Counted from the first letter of the stretch, positions 54,057-64,000 are shown. The stretch is DNA of 64,000 nt from Actinobacteria bacterium UBA959 (GCA_002293025.1 DBCL01000002.1:57893-121892); one strand, 5' to 3'. Notes: generated by a model from the sequence alone, not told the origin. A program made the numbers and translations.

Positions 54057-55664
54057 TCACGACCATTGGGGTGCGAGTGTCTCCTTGACGACCCCATCTG
54101 CCCCCACATATACGTATCGGTCGAAGGAGTCGGCAAACCAGCGATCATGGGTTACGGCCACAACTGTCCCATTAAAGGCGGCCAAAGCATCCTGCAATGC
54201 CTCTGCTGAGGCTAGATCCAAGTTGTCAGTTGGCTCGTCCAAGAGCAGCAAGGTGCAGCCCGACAACTCCAGAATCAGAATCTGCAATCGGGCTTGTTGA
54301 CCTCCCGAAAGAGTTTGAAACTTCTGCTCTGCCTGCGCATATAACTCATACTTGCGGAGTATGCCCATAGATTCATTAAGCATCAAAGGTTTGGTTAGGT
54401 TCAAAATCTCTACTGGGGTTTTGTTAACCCATTCTGGATGAGCGTGGGTTTGAGCAAAATGACCTGGGACAACTCGAGCACCTATCTTTTTATGCCCTGT
54501 CCAAACTTTGCCAACTTTGATTTCGTCTGCTTCAGTCTCAGCAAATAATCTAAGTAGATGTGACTTGCCTGCGCCATTTGGCCCAAGCACTGCGACGCGG
54601 TCACCATAGAAAATTTCCAGGTCAAACGGATATAGCAAACCTTCAATTGCTGTTTGCTCACAAGTTATTACTCTAATTCCAGTTCTACCACCTGTTAGAT
54701 CCATCTTGATATTTTGAATTGGAGGTGGGGCCTCTGGTGCACCTTTTTCTTCAAATTTTCTGAGTCTGGTTTGCATCGCACGATAGGTGCTAGCCATATC
54801 TGGTGAGCTCTTAGCCTGACCTTGCAATCTGCGCACAAGTTCTTTTAATCGATTGTGCTCTTCTGTCCAGCGTTTCAGTATTTCTTCTTGTCGTTCATAG
54901 CGAGCCTTACGGGCATCGTGATAAGACGCAAAATCTCCACCATGAATCCAGACTCGTCCATCTTCAACGGTAATGATTCGATCTGCGACTGCATTTAATA
55001 GTGCACGATCATGAGAGATCAACAAGATAGTTTTGGGGGATTGTTTAATCTGCTCTTCCAGCCATAATTTTCCTGGTACATCCAAGTAGTTGTCTGGCTC
55101 GTCTAGGAGCAGTACTTCATCCGGACCCCGAAGCAATGCCTCTAAAGCCAAGCGCTTTTGTTGACCGCCGGATAACGTATTTACTTGACGTTCACTAACG
55201 TCTGCAAACTCAAGACCAAAGGCAGTGCTGGTGCAGATATCCCACAGCACTTCAATGTCATATCCCCCGACATCTCCCCAGTCTGAAATTGCTTGTGCAA
55301 ATCTCATCTGGATTTTCTCATCATCTGGATTCAGGTTGAGATTCTCTTGAGCTTGGCGATATTTATCTCCAACATCTCGAACAGCTTGTGGTGCGATTGA
55401 TAATAAGAATTCTCTAATTGTTGTTTCGTCTCGAATACCACCAATAAATTGGCGCATCACTCCTAAGCCACCACCAAATGCGATTGCCCCAGCAAAAGGC
55501 TCTATATCCCCAGAGATGATTCGCGTTAGTGTGGTCTTACCTGCACCATTTGGTCCAACCATGGCGGCGTGTGCTCCATCAGCCACTCGAAATGAAACTT
55601 CGTCGAGCAACACCCGACCATCAGGCAAAATCATGGTGACCCCGCCTACTTCTATGTGTCCCAC
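54057..55664 (-). CDS. ABC-F family ATP-binding protein (two NBDs, no TM domain)
   Basis: Two Walker A sites (GPNGAGKTTL, GPNGAGKSHL), two signature motifs (LSGGQQKR, LSGGQQAR) and a charged inter-domain linker. Confidence 0.88.
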   Translation of the reverse strand: MGHIEVGGVTMILPDGRVLLDEVSFRVADGAHAAMVGPNGAGKTTLTRIISGDIEPFAGAIAFGGGLGVMRQFIGGIRDETTIREFLLSIAPQAVRDVGDKYRQAQENLNLNPDDEKIQMRFAQAISDWGDVGGYDIEVLWDICTSTAFGLEFADVSERQVNTLSGGQQKRLALEALLRGPDEVLLLDEPDNYLDVPGKLWLEEQIKQSPKTILLISHDRALLNAVADRIITVEDGRVWIHGGDFASYHDARKARYERQEEILKRWTEEHNRLKELVRRLQGQAKSSPDMASTYRAMQTRLRKFEEKGAPEAPPPIQNIKMDLTGGRTGIRVITCEQTAIEGLLYPFDLEIFYGDRVAVLGPNGAGKSHLLRLFAETEADEIKVGKVWTGHKKIGARVVPGHFAQTHAHPEWVNKTPVEILNLTKPLMLNESMGILRKYELYAQAEQKFQTLSGGQQARLQILILELSGCTLLLLDEPTDNLDLASAEALQDALAAFNGTVVAVTHDRWFADSFDRYVYVGADGVVKETLAPQWS

Positions 55665-56512
55665 TACTCAACCTCTTCAGGGCTGCGCATTGCTTTGGTG
55701 GAGCTAACTCGATCAGCAAATTCTTTTTCGGCTGGATAGTAAATTTCCTCAAGCACTAAGGCGTGTCCAGGTGCCACGTTAATCTCAAATATCTTCTGGG
55801 CAGCTTTCAAAATACGATAAGGCCATTCGATATCTTTTCTTCCATCGCCAACTGGAATCAATGCTCCTACTAAAGTTCGAACCATCGAATAGCAGAATGC
55901 ATCTGCTTTTACAGTAGCAATAACTAGGTCATCATGACGATGCCATGAAAACTCTTGTAATTCTCTAATTCTGGTGCCCACAGTGTTTGCTTTGCAATAG
56001 GCAGTGAAGTCATTAAGTCCCTGTAGTAATTTTGAAGCAGCGTTCATTGCGTCAAGATCCAGTGGTGCGTCATGAATCATCACTGAACTCAAAGTAAGTG
56101 GGTCTACACTTCTATCAGCAATTCGGTAGGAATACCTTCTAGCTAATGCAGCAAAACGAGCATCAAAATCTTTTGAAACTTGGGTAACCTGCGACACAAC
56201 TATCGATTCTGGAAGTACTGCTCTAAGTCTTCTACCTAACCTTGAGATTTGCTCGTTAACAAATTCCACTGGTAGATCTATATGGCAGACCTGACCACGA
56301 GCGTGTACTCCAGCATCTGTTCGACCTCCAACAATTGTCTTGACTTCTGCAAGCCCAGTAATTGCTATTAATGCAGACTCTAACTCGCCTTGAATTGTCT
56401 TAAGGCCATTTGGTTGTTTAGCCCAACCAAAGTAGCCAGTGCCGTTGTAGCCTAAATCCAATCTAATGCGAATGAGCCCGTCATTACTGACGGGCTCATT
56501 CTGAATAGTCAT
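55664..56512 (-). CDS. truA: tRNA pseudouridine(38-40) synthase
   Basis: Catalytic Asp motif GGRTDAGVHA. Confidence 0.92.
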   Translation of the reverse strand: MTIQNEPVSNDGLIRIRLDLGYNGTGYFGWAKQPNGLKTIQGELESALIAITGLAEVKTIVGGRTDAGVHARGQVCHIDLPVEFVNEQISRLGRRLRAVLPESIVVSQVTQVSKDFDARFAALARRYSYRIADRSVDPLTLSSVMIHDAPLDLDAMNAASKLLQGLNDFTAYCKANTVGTRIRELQEFSWHRHDDLVIATVKADAFCYSMVRTLVGALIPVGDGRKDIEWPYRILKAAQKIFEINVAPGHALVLEEIYYPAEKEFADRVSSTKAMRSPEEVE

Positions 56513-56544
56513 ATCTGTGGGTTAAGTAGTGAACTAGTTCGCTA

Positions 56545-56970
56545 CTACTTGCTTTCCTTTTCTTTGGCAGAACGCTTTGCAGTAGCAGTTGCTTCTGCAA
56601 CCACCTGCTCAGCCAATGGCTCAACTAACTCAATAACAGCCATTGGAGCATTGTCACCATTGCGATTACCAATCTTGGTGATCCGAGTGTAGCCACCATT
56701 ACGGTTAGCAAACTTAGGCCCAATTTCAGTTAGTAATGAATGCACAATTGACTTACTTCTAATTTTGCGCATCACTCTACGACGAGCAGGCTGATCGCCT
56801 TCTTTTGCAATAGTGATTAAGCGTTCCGCATATGGGCGAAGCTTTTTTGCCTTAGCAGTTGTGGTGGTGATTTTGCCGTGCTCAAAAAGCTGACTTGCTA
56901 AGTTAGCCAAGATAGCTTTTTCATGAGCTGGGCTCCCGCCGAGACGAGCACCTTTAGTTGGAGTTGGCAT
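56545..56970 (-). CDS. rplQ: 50S ribosomal protein L17
   Basis: The sequence [25 protein letters not shown]...TT..KAK..RP.AE is typical of L17. Confidence 0.95.
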   Translation of the reverse strand: MPTPTKGARLGGSPAHEKAILANLASQLFEHGKITTTTAKAKKLRPYAERLITIAKEGDQPARRRVMRKIRSKSIVHSLLTEIGPKFANRNGGYTRITKIGNRNGDNAPMAVIELVEPLAEQVVAEATATAKRSAKEKESK

Positions 56971-56995
56971 TATTTTTCCTTCTTATCGATTCTCG

Positions 56996-58021
56996 TTAGA
57001 GTTTTTCGTCTTCGACGAATACTTCTTCGTTCTCATCTTCAACTTCATCGTAATAGCCTGCAACCTTAGTTGGATCAAAGCCGGCTGGGCTATCTTTCAG
57101 TGAAAGACCAAGGCTGATGAGTTTAGCTTTAACCTCATCAATGGACTTTTGTCCAAAGTTGCGGATATCTAGTAGATCGGCTTCACTGCGAGTCATTAAC
57201 TCACCCACTGTGTGCACGCCTTCACGCTTTAGGCAGTTGTAAGAACGCACAGTTAGGTCTAATTGCTCGATTGGTGTACCTAGTTGTTCTGCAGCAAAGT
57301 TATCTATTGCCGACGGACCAATTTCAATGCCTTCGGCATCAAGATTAAGTTCATTAGCTAGACCAAATAGTCCAACTAAGGTTTTGCCGGCACTTGCCAC
57401 AGCATCTCTTGGCAGCATTGAAGGTTTGGTTTCAACATCAACAATGAGTTTGTCGAAGTCGGTGCGCTGCTCGACTCGAGTCGCTTCAACTTTATAAGTT
57501 ACCCGAGTGACTGGACTATAAATTGAATCAACATAGATGCGACCAATTTCTGGATCTGAGCCCTTGTTCATAGTTGATGGCACATAGCCGCGACCGCGCT
57601 CAACCACAAACTCAATCTCAATTTTTGCGCCAGCATTCAAAGTTGCAATGTGTAAGCCAGGGTTGTGAACTTCAACTCCAGCAGGAGGGGTGATATCTGC
57701 AGCTGTGGCTGCCCCTGGTCCTTCTTTACGTAAATACATCACAGTTGGTTCATCATTAAAACTTGATACAACAAGTCCTTTGATGTTTAACAACATCTCA
57801 GTAACGTCTTCTTTGACGCCCTCGATAGTTCCAAATTCGTGCAGTACGCCATCAATTCTGATGCTAGTAACAGCAGCACCAGGAATAGAAGATAGCAAGG
57901 TACGACGCAGCGAGTTACCTAATGTGTACCCAAAGCCAGGTTCAAGTGGCTCTAGTACAAATCGAGAGCGTGTATCGGATATAACTTCTTCGATCAGGGT
58001 TGGACGTTGTGCAATTAGCAC
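56996..58021 (-). CDS. rpoA: DNA-directed RNA polymerase subunit alpha
   Basis: GTG 58021, preceded by AAAGGA, gives [12 protein letters not shown]..., the canonical RpoA N-terminus. The ORF-track start at 58060 adds 13 atypical residues. The C-terminal domain contains [15 protein letters not shown]. Confidence 0.93.
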   Translation of the reverse strand: MLIAQRPTLIEEVISDTRSRFVLEPLEPGFGYTLGNSLRRTLLSSIPGAAVTSIRIDGVLHEFGTIEGVKEDVTEMLLNIKGLVVSSFNDEPTVMYLRKEGPGAATAADITPPAGVEVHNPGLHIATLNAGAKIEIEFVVERGRGYVPSTMNKGSDPEIGRIYVDSIYSPVTRVTYKVEATRVEQRTDFDKLIVDVETKPSMLPRDAVASAGKTLVGLFGLANELNLDAEGIEIGPSAIDNFAAEQLGTPIEQLDLTVRSYNCLKREGVHTVGELMTRSEADLLDIRNFGQKSIDEVKAKLISLGLSLKDSPAGFDPTKVAGYYDEVEDENEEVFVEDEKL

Positions 58022-58097
58022 TGTTTTTCCTTTCGGTTGGTGCCCACTATTTGGCACCACTTCTCGGATGATGAGTGGCGGGGTTGCACACTCACCA

Positions 58098-58125
58098 CAT
58101 GATGTGTTGTTGCCAACACATCATG
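58098..58125 (-). other. intercistronic stem-loop immediately downstream of the rpsD stop
   Basis: Perfect 12-bp inverted repeat catgatgtgttg / caacacatcatg with a 4-nt loop. No U-tract follows on the minus-strand RNA. Confidence 0.6.
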
Positions 58126-58126
58126 C

Positions 58127-58753
58127 TTACTTGCTGTAAAGCTCGACTACCAATGACTCTTGTACGTTGGTGTCAATTTGTGTACGTGCAGGTTTTGCAT
58201 GTACCAGAATTCGCATACGGTTTGGAACTGCTTCAATCCAACCTGGAACTGTACGTTCACCAGATTCAGCTCGAGCAACTACAAATGGAGTCAATTCGCG
58301 TGAATCAACTCGCACCTCAATAACATCTGTAGGTGATACTGAATAAGAAGGAATGTCTACCTTCTTACCGTTAACAGTGAAATGCCCATGCTTTACCAAT
58401 TGGCGACCCATGTCGCGGCTTTTGGCAAAACCTGCACGAAACACCACATTGTCCAGGCGCGTTTCCAGCAAACTCAGTAGGTTGTCACCAGTTTTGCCTG
58501 CTTGACGAGATGCCTCTTCAAAGTAGTTACGGAACTGCTTTTCCAATACTCCGTATTGACGGGCAAGTTTTTGCTTCTCACGCATCTGCAATAAGTATTC
58601 AGATTCTTTTGATCGACCACGGCCATGTTGACCTGGAGGATATGGGCGAGCTTCAAGTGGGCACTTTGGTGATTCGCACTTAGCACCTTTGAGAAATAGT
58701 TTTACCTTCTCGCGGCGGCAGCGCTTGCACTTAGGACCTGTATAACGAGCCAT
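58127..58753 (-). CDS. rpsD: 30S ribosomal protein S4
   Basis: MARYTGPKCKRCRREK..., with an S4 RNA-binding domain. Confidence 0.95.
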   Translation of the reverse strand: MARYTGPKCKRCRREKVKLFLKGAKCESPKCPLEARPYPPGQHGRGRSKESEYLLQMREKQKLARQYGVLEKQFRNYFEEASRQAGKTGDNLLSLLETRLDNVVFRAGFAKSRDMGRQLVKHGHFTVNGKKVDIPSYSVSPTDVIEVRVDSRELTPFVVARAESGERTVPGWIEAVPNRMRILVHAKPARTQIDTNVQESLVVELYSK

Positions 58754-58770
58754 TTGTTATCTCCTGCTTC

Positions 58771-59202
58771 TCAGACTCGGCGACGCTTTGGTGGGCGGCA
58801 ACCGTTATGCGGCATTGGGGTTACGTCTGAGATCGAACCAACCTCAAGACCTGCAGCTTGCAAAGAACGAATTGCAGTCTCACGACCAGAACCCGGACCC
58901 TTAACAAATACATCTACTCGCTTCAAGCCATGTTCCATGGCGCGCTTGGCTGCGTCTTCTGCTGCCAGCTGAGCTGCGAATGGTGTTGACTTACGAGAAC
59001 CTTTGAAACCAACTTGACCTGATGATGACCAGGAAACAACTGCACCACTTGGGTCAGTGATTGAAATAATTGTGTTATTGAACGTGCTCTTAATGTGAGC
59101 TTGCCCTTGAGCAATGTTCTTACGTTCTTTTTTACGCAACTTTTTACCCGCAGCAGGTTTAGTTGCTGCGGTCTTTGTTGCTTTTGCTGCTTTAGCTGCC
59201 AT
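58771..59202 (-). CDS. rpsK: 30S ribosomal protein S11
   Basis: [30 protein letters not shown], and a C-terminal [13 protein letters not shown]. Confidence 0.95.
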   Translation of the reverse strand: MAAKAAKATKTAATKPAAGKKLRKKERKNIAQGQAHIKSTFNNTIISITDPSGAVVSWSSSGQVGFKGSRKSTPFAAQLAAEDAAKRAMEHGLKRVDVFVKGPGSGRETAIRSLQAAGLEVGSISDVTPMPHNGCRPPKRRRV

Positions 59203-59221
59203 TAGTTTCTCCGTGTCCTAA

Positions 59222-59599
59222 TTACTTCGTAACGATCTTTTTGCCAGCAACGGTCTTACGAGGACCTTTACGAGTGCGGGCATTGGTGTGTGTGCGTTGT
59301 CCACGAACTGGCAGACCTTTGCGGTGTCTGGTTCCTTGGTAACTGCCGATATCAATTTTGCGACGAATGTCTGCAGTAACTTCACGTCGAAGGTCACCTT
59401 CAACTTTAAAGTTTGCTTCGATATATTCACGAAGTTGAGCAACTTGATCATCTGACATATCTTTAACTCGAAGGTCAGGAGAGATGCCAGTTACTTTCAG
59501 CATTTCAGCAGCTCTAGTGCGACCAATGCCATATACGTATGTAAGGGCGACTTCTAGTCGCTTATCACGCGGCAGGTCAACGCCTATTAAACGTGCCAT
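59222..59599 (-). CDS. rpsM: 30S ribosomal protein S13
   Basis: [14 protein letters not shown]...YGIG, and [15 protein letters not shown]. Confidence 0.95.
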   Translation of the reverse strand: MARLIGVDLPRDKRLEVALTYVYGIGRTRAAEMLKVTGISPDLRVKDMSDDQVAQLREYIEANFKVEGDLRREVTADIRRKIDIGSYQGTRHRKGLPVRGQRTHTNARTRKGPRKTVAGKKIVTK

Positions 59600-59773
59600 G
59601 GGCGGTCAACTCACTTTCAGTTAGTAGAGGTATCTGGTCACAAATGTTGTCTCACCCGCCCGGGTGAGCCCTCGCCTCTAACAAGGGGTTCGTCTGTTCT
59701 GTTGGCACAGTTCAGGGTCGAACATTCGTGTGTTTGCAAACGGCGTTTGCAAATTATTTAGTTATTAAGTGCC
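59600..59773 (-). promoter_or_regulatory. structured 5' leader of the rpsM-rpsK-rpsD-rpoA operon (candidate r-protein autoregulatory leader)
   Basis: Hairpins at 59651-59668 (ctcaccc-gccc-gggtgag) and 59733-59753 (tttgcaaac-ggc-gtttgcaaa). An outer helix pairs tagagg with cctcta. ccgccc (59656-59661) is complementary to gggcgg (59600-59605), which abuts the start codon. Confidence 0.45.
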
Positions 59774-59887
59774 TTAACCCTGCCGTTGTTTATGACGAGG
59801 GTTTTCGCAGATCACCATCACACGTGAGTGACGACGGATCACTTTGCACTTATCGCACATCTTCTTAACGCTTGGTTGAACCTTCAT
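59774..59887 (-). CDS. rpmJ: 50S ribosomal protein L36
   Basis: Hand translation of the minus strand gives [37 protein letters not shown]. It is absent from the ORF track, which lists nothing shorter than 60 aa. Confidence 0.93.
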   Translation of the reverse strand: MKVQPSVKKMCDKCKVIRRHSRVMVICENPRHKQRQG

Positions 59888-59903
59888 AAAGCTCTCTTAA
59901 ACC

Positions 59904-60125
59904 TCACTTGTAGCGGTAGGTGATCCGCCCACGAGTTAGGTCGTAGGGACTTAGCTCTACAACCACCCGGTCGTCTGGCAAAATACGAATGTAGTTCATT
60001 CGCATCTTCCCAGAAATATGGGCAAGAACTTTGTGACCGTTATCAAGTTCTACTCTAAACATTGCATTAGGTAGAGACTCCATAATGGTGCCTTCGAGTT
60101 CAATGGCTCCGTCCTTTTTGGACAT
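59904..60125 (-). CDS. infA: translation initiation factor IF-1
   Basis: The sequence [42 protein letters not shown] is typical of IF-1. Confidence 0.95.
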   Translation of the reverse strand: MSKKDGAIELEGTIMESLPNAMFRVELDNGHKVLAHISGKMRMNYIRILPDDRVVVELSPYDLTRGRITYRYK

Positions 60126-60277
60126 TCTGCCTTCTCACTTTCCAGCGTTAATCGTTAATTTCAATCAACTGCTTGATCAAAATCTGGTTGTTAACCGAAG
60201 GGGAATCCTAGAGCCTAGGCTTTTCTGAGCAGGAACGGGGTCTAATCTCAAGTACCGGCCCCAGCCGCTAAGCCCTA

Positions 60278-60841
60278 CTACAAGCCAACAGCGGCTAATA
60301 ACCTTTGTTTTACCTGATCAACCGAGCCCATACCATTAATTGAGCGCAGCAAACCACGGGCTTGGTAGGCAGTTATTAAGGGAGCAGTCTGTTCGGCATA
60401 AACCCCAAGGCGGTGCTCCAGCACCTCTTTTGAATCGTCCATTCGGTTCTGTTCAGCTGCTCGTTGGAGGAGCCTTTCAACCACTGCTTTTTTATCAACT
60501 TCGAGCTCAATAACCGAATCAACCAAGTGACCTTGGGTAGCTAGCATGTTGTCCAGCTCTATCACCTGGGCAACTGTTCGTGGATAACCATCCAGAACAA
60601 ATCCTTCAAGTGCATCTTGCTGGGAGATGCGATCTCGCACCATATCGTTAGTGACAGTGTCTGGCACATATTCACCAGCATCCATAAATGTTTTCGCTAA
60701 TTGACCTAATTTGGTTCCACCAGAGACATTACTTCTGAAAATGTCGCCAGTTGAAATATGAGGCACTCCTAAAGCTGCAGCTAAACCCACAGCTTGCGTG
60801 CCCTTGCCGGCTCCTGGTGGACCCATTAGGACAATGCGCAT
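60278..60841 (-). CDS. adk: adenylate kinase (short-lid type)
   Basis: P-loop MRIVLMGPPGAGKGTQA; 187 aa with no Zn-finger lid. Confidence 0.93.
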   Translation of the reverse strand: MRIVLMGPPGAGKGTQAVGLAAALGVPHISTGDIFRSNVSGGTKLGQLAKTFMDAGEYVPDTVTNDMVRDRISQQDALEGFVLDGYPRTVAQVIELDNMLATQGHLVDSVIELEVDKKAVVERLLQRAAEQNRMDDSKEVLEHRLGVYAEQTAPLITAYQARGLLRSINGMGSVDQVKQRLLAAVGL

Positions 60842-60843
60842 GA

Positions 60844-62139
60844 CTAACCGAGGAATCCTTCGTAATTACGTTGCTGCAGTTGAGCTTCGATCTGCTTAAC
60901 AGTATCCAAACCAACACCAACCATAATTAACAGTGAGGTTCCACCAAATGCTAATTGTGCACCAATTCCCATGGCACCAAACACTGCATATGGAACGATT
61001 GCAACCACTAACAGATACAGCGCGCCTGCAGTTAGTAATCTATTTAGCACAAATCTCAAATAATCAGCTGTTGGTTTACCAGCTCGAATACCAGGTACAA
61101 ATCCACCATACTTCTTCATATCGTCAGCAACATCATCTGGATTAAACGTGATTGATACGTAGAAGAATGCGAAGAAGAAAATCAAGAGTCCATAAGTTGC
61201 GGCATAGGTGAAACTTGTGCTGCTTGAGAAACTTCGCGAAATAAATTGAGCCCAGCCAGCAGTGCTTCCAGAAAGCTGCGTGAACAGCACCGGTACATAT
61301 AGAAGTGATGAAGCAAAGATTACTGGGATAACGCCTGCCATATTTACCTTCATTGGCAAATAAGTACTAGTGCCACCATAGGCGCGGCGGCCAACCATAC
61401 GCTTGGCATACTGAACTGGAATTCTTCTTTGACCTTGTTCAACAAAAGCTACAACCAAGATCATGAAGACTCCGACAACCAAAACTATTGAGAAGGCGAA
61501 GACGCCGTTACCTCTAAAAATTCCCCACATCTGACCGGGTAAAGTTGAAATAATTGAAGTCATGATCAGCAGCGACATACCATTTCCAATACCGCGATCA
61601 GTGATTAGTTCACCAAGCCACATGACAACAGCAGTTCCAGCTGTCAACACGATCACCATTACTAACAAAATTGGGATGGATGTGTCTGGGATCAATGCCA
61701 AATCACATCCTTGCAATAGTGCTCCCGGCGTTCTAGCCAAAGCAACGATTGAAGTTGCCTGCAAAATTGCCAACCCGATAGTCACATATCTGGTGTACTG
61801 AGTGATGACGGCTTGACCCGACTGTCCCTCTTTCTTCAAAGTTTCTAACCTAGGAATAACAATGGTCAACAACTGCAAGATAATGCTTGCGGTGATGTAC
61901 GGCATTACACCTAAAGCAAAGATTGATAACTGCAACAATGCCCCACCACTAAATAAATTGATCAGTGAATACAAGGTGTTGTCTTGAACTAGAGCAACAC
62001 ACTGCTGTACCGCGTTGTAATCAATTCCTGGTGTTGGTAAAACTGCACCAAAACGATAGATCGCCAGCATGCCAAGTACAAACAGCAACTTGCGACGTAC
62101 GTCTGGCGTACGAAACGCATTTGCAAACACACTTAACAT
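60844..62139 (-). CDS. secY: preprotein translocase subunit SecY
   Basis: 431 aa with 10 TM segments. It lies in the canonical position between rplO and adk. Confidence 0.94.
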   Translation of the reverse strand: MLSVFANAFRTPDVRRKLLFVLGMLAIYRFGAVLPTPGIDYNAVQQCVALVQDNTLYSLINLFSGGALLQLSIFALGVMPYITASIILQLLTIVIPRLETLKKEGQSGQAVITQYTRYVTIGLAILQATSIVALARTPGALLQGCDLALIPDTSIPILLVMVIVLTAGTAVVMWLGELITDRGIGNGMSLLIMTSIISTLPGQMWGIFRGNGVFAFSIVLVVGVFMILVVAFVEQGQRRIPVQYAKRMVGRRAYGGTSTYLPMKVNMAGVIPVIFASSLLYVPVLFTQLSGSTAGWAQFISRSFSSSTSFTYAATYGLLIFFFAFFYVSITFNPDDVADDMKKYGGFVPGIRAGKPTADYLRFVLNRLLTAGALYLLVVAIVPYAVFGAMGIGAQLAFGGTSLLIMVGVGLDTVKQIEAQLQQRNYEGFLG

Positions 62140-62167
62140 GTGACGTCCCTTCAGTTAGCAGCTAAAA

Positions 62168-62614
62168 CTAGTTATCAAGTATCTCTGCTGAACCGCCAGC
62201 AGCCTTGATTTTCTCTAGCGCGGAACCTGAGAATTTATGAGCAGCGATACTTAATTTCACGGAAATGTCACCATGACCAAGCACCTTAACTGGCTCGCCT
62301 GCGCGAACTAGCCCTGCTTTAACAAGATCTGCAACTCCGATAGTTCCACCCTTTGGAAATGCTTCATTTAGATCAGAAACATTGATGACCTGGTAGTAAA
62401 CCTTGAATGGATTCTTAAAGCCCTTCAATTTTGGGATACGCATGTGTAGCGGTAACTGACCACCTTCAAAGCGAGCTGGCACCTGATAGCGAGCCTTAGT
62501 ACCTTTGGTACCACGACCAGCAGTCTTACCTTTTGATGCCTCGCCTCGACCAACACGTGTCTTGGCTGTCTTTGCTCCAGGAGCTGGACGCAGATGATGA
62601 ACCTTAAGTGTCAT
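62168..62614 (-). CDS. rplO: 50S ribosomal protein L15
   Basis: The sequence [36 protein letters not shown] is typical of L15. Confidence 0.95.
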   Translation of the reverse strand: MTLKVHHLRPAPGAKTAKTRVGRGEASKGKTAGRGTKGTKARYQVPARFEGGQLPLHMRIPKLKGFKNPFKVYYQVINVSDLNEAFPKGGTIGVADLVKAGLVRAGEPVKVLGHGDISVKLSIAAHKFSGSALEKIKAAGGSAEILDN

Positions 62615-62616
62615 AT

Positions 62617-62799
62617 CTACTTGACCTCCTCTACTCGCACTAGGTGTGCGACTTTTCTTAGCATTCCGACAAACTCTGGGCTGTCACTCTTTATTGATAC
62701 GTCACCGATTTTACGAAGTCCTAGCGAAAGCAAGGTCTGACGCTGTCTTTCAGTGCCACCAATATCAGATTTAATCTGAGTGATTTGGAATTTTGCCAT
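62617..62799 (-). CDS. rpmD: 50S ribosomal protein L30
   Basis: 60 aa; [28 protein letters not shown]. Confidence 0.93.
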   Translation of the reverse strand: MAKFQITQIKSDIGGTERQRQTLLSLGLRKIGDVSIKSDSPEFVGMLRKVAHLVRVEEVK

Positions 62800-63407
62800 T
62801 ATGCACCTCTCCCTGCTGCTTGAGCCTTCAATAATGCGGCTGGTGCGACATGCTCAACTGGCAGTCCACGGCGAGCAGCAACCTGCTCTGGCAATTCCAA
62901 CATCTTTAATGCTGCAACTGTTGCGTGTACCACGTTGATTGCGTTGTCTGATCCAAGTGATTTACTCAAAATGTCTGTGATGCCTGCACACTCCAGCACC
63001 GCACGAGCTGCACCACCAGCAATTACACCAGTACCAGGAGCTGCTGGGCGAAGTAACACAACTCCAGCTGCTGCTTCACCAGTTACTGGATGCGGAATTG
63101 TTCCTTGTACTCGGGCAACTTTAAAGAAGCTCTTCTTAGCTTCTTCGGTTGCTTTAGAAATAGCTTGTGGAACTTCCTTGGCTTTGCCGTATCCAACACC
63201 AACTGAACCTTCGCCATCTCCAACAACTACCAAAGCGGTGAATGAGAATCTACGTCCACCTTGAACTACCTTGGCAACACGATTGATGGCTACAACGCGC
63301 TCTAGGTGATTGCTCTTTTCAGCAGGACCACGCTCGTTACGACGTTCACGCTTCTCGCTACCTGAACGTGGACCGGTTGAATTATCTTTATCTTTAATCA
63401 TCATCAT
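62799..63407 (-). CDS. rpsE: 30S ribosomal protein S5
   Basis: The motif [30 protein letters not shown]. Confidence 0.95.
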   Translation of the reverse strand: MMMIKDKDNSTGPRSGSEKRERRNERGPAEKSNHLERVVAINRVAKVVQGGRRFSFTALVVVGDGEGSVGVGYGKAKEVPQAISKATEEAKKSFFKVARVQGTIPHPVTGEAAAGVVLLRPAAPGTGVIAGGAARAVLECAGITDILSKSLGSDNAINVVHATVAALKMLELPEQVAARRGLPVEHVAPAALLKAQAAGRGA

Positions 63408-63417
63408 CGTTTCGTTT

Positions 63418-63801
63418 TTAGAGGTTTAGTCCAGCATTGCGGGCGCCATCAGCTACTGCTGCTACACGTCCGTGGTAACGGTTACCTGCACGATCAAAAA
63501 CAACCTTGGAGATTCCAGCTTTTTTAGCACGTTCAGCAACCAACTTGCCGACCTCGCGTGCTAACTCGGTCTTGGAATCTTTAGATTTGCGCAAATCAGC
63601 TTCCATGGTGGACGCCGAAACTAAAGTGCGACCAACGGAATCATCAACTATTTGAGCAACCATATGATTCAAAGATCTAGTCACTACCAGGCGTGGCATT
63701 TCGGCCGAGCCAGATACTTTCTTGCGGACTCTTATGTGACGACGACGGCGAGACTTACGAGTTTTAGACTCGTGCTTACCGGAAGCAGTAAAAGTTGTCA
63801 T
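63418..63801 (-). CDS. rplR: 50S ribosomal protein L18
   Basis: [12 protein letters not shown]...RL.V.RS..H..AQI.DD and [13 protein letters not shown]. Confidence 0.95.
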   Translation of the reverse strand: MTTFTASGKHESKTRKSRRRRHIRVRKKVSGSAEMPRLVVTRSLNHMVAQIVDDSVGRTLVSASTMEADLRKSKDSKTELAREVGKLVAERAKKAGISKVVFDRAGNRYHGRVAAVADGARNAGLNL

Positions 63802-64000
63802 GCCTTCTTACCAGCCTTTCCAGCTTTGCGACGAATAACCTCGCCTTTGTATTTAACACCTTTTGCCTTGTAAGGATCTGTCTTACGAAGTTTTCGAAGT
63901 TGAGCCGCAATTTCTCCAACTTTTTGCTTATCAATACCAGCTACATGTAAAAGTGTTGGAGATTCGACCGTGAAGGTGATGCCCTCAGGAGCAATGATTG
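63798..64000 (-). CDS. rplF: 50S ribosomal protein L6, C-terminal fragment (the gene continues past the window end)
   Basis: Hand translation of the minus strand gives ...[66 protein letters not shown]. The stop overlaps the rplR ATG (ATGA). Confidence 0.9.
   Translation of the reverse strand, partial: IIAPEGITFTVESPTLLHVAGIDKQKVGEIAAQLRKLRKTDPYKAKGVKYKGEVIRRKAGKAGKKA

Overview
This window is a gene-dense segment of low-GC actinobacterial core chromosome (hand counts on a few 60-nt lines give about 40-45% GC). Almost everything is on the minus strand, and many neighbouring genes overlap by 1-4 nt. I saw no rRNA, tRNA, CRISPR array, transposase, integrase or phage-like gene.

Content from left to right:
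(1) A nucleoside/deoxyribose salvage cluster: phosphohexomutase fragment, deoC, two ALDH genes, add, purine permease, cupin, deoA, cdd and a BMP-type nucleoside ABC importer.
(2) A nearly gapless central-metabolism run: split methylmalonyl-CoA mutase catalytic subunit, sdhCAB, trpS, a CNNM transporter, icd, mdh, folD, purH, purN, a PerM-like membrane protein, sucCD and the mutase B12-binding subunit.
(3) A cell-wall and DNA-repair patch: M23 peptidase, pcrA and an 819-aa multidomain M15/VanY-like wall hydrolase.
(4) guaA, guaB3 and guaB.
(5) A small regulatory island: a pseudo-receiver LuxR regulator, a CarH/LitR-like B12-type MerR regulator and a WhiB3/WhiD-like protein.
(6) groEL1-groES with tandem CIRCE operators, then tsaD-rimI-tsaB-tsaE-alr-acpS-glmS-glmM-rpsI-rplM, an ABC-F protein and truA.
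(7) The alpha and spc ribosomal operons: rplQ-rpoA-rpsD-rpsK-rpsM-rpmJ-infA-adk-secY-rplO-rpmD-rpsE-rplR-rplF.

Gene order parallels known Mycobacterium and Streptomyces neighbourhoods; this rests on my memory of those maps, not on a search.

The points most worth a second look:
- The MerR regulator carries both CarH photoreceptor signature motifs and sits between an atypical response regulator and whiB.
- The predicted whiB promoter is covered in AACTT/AAGTT repeats.
- The two halves of a split methylmalonyl-CoA mutase are embedded in the sdh and suc operons.
- One ALDH paralog has lost its whole catalytic domain.
- A G/C-tract pseudoknot-like element lies in the divergent mutase/M23 intergenic region.
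- The rpsM leader has loop-to-start-codon complementarity.

I found no clear novel multi-gene accessory system. All functional calls come from reading motifs in the supplied translations and from synteny; no database search was run.
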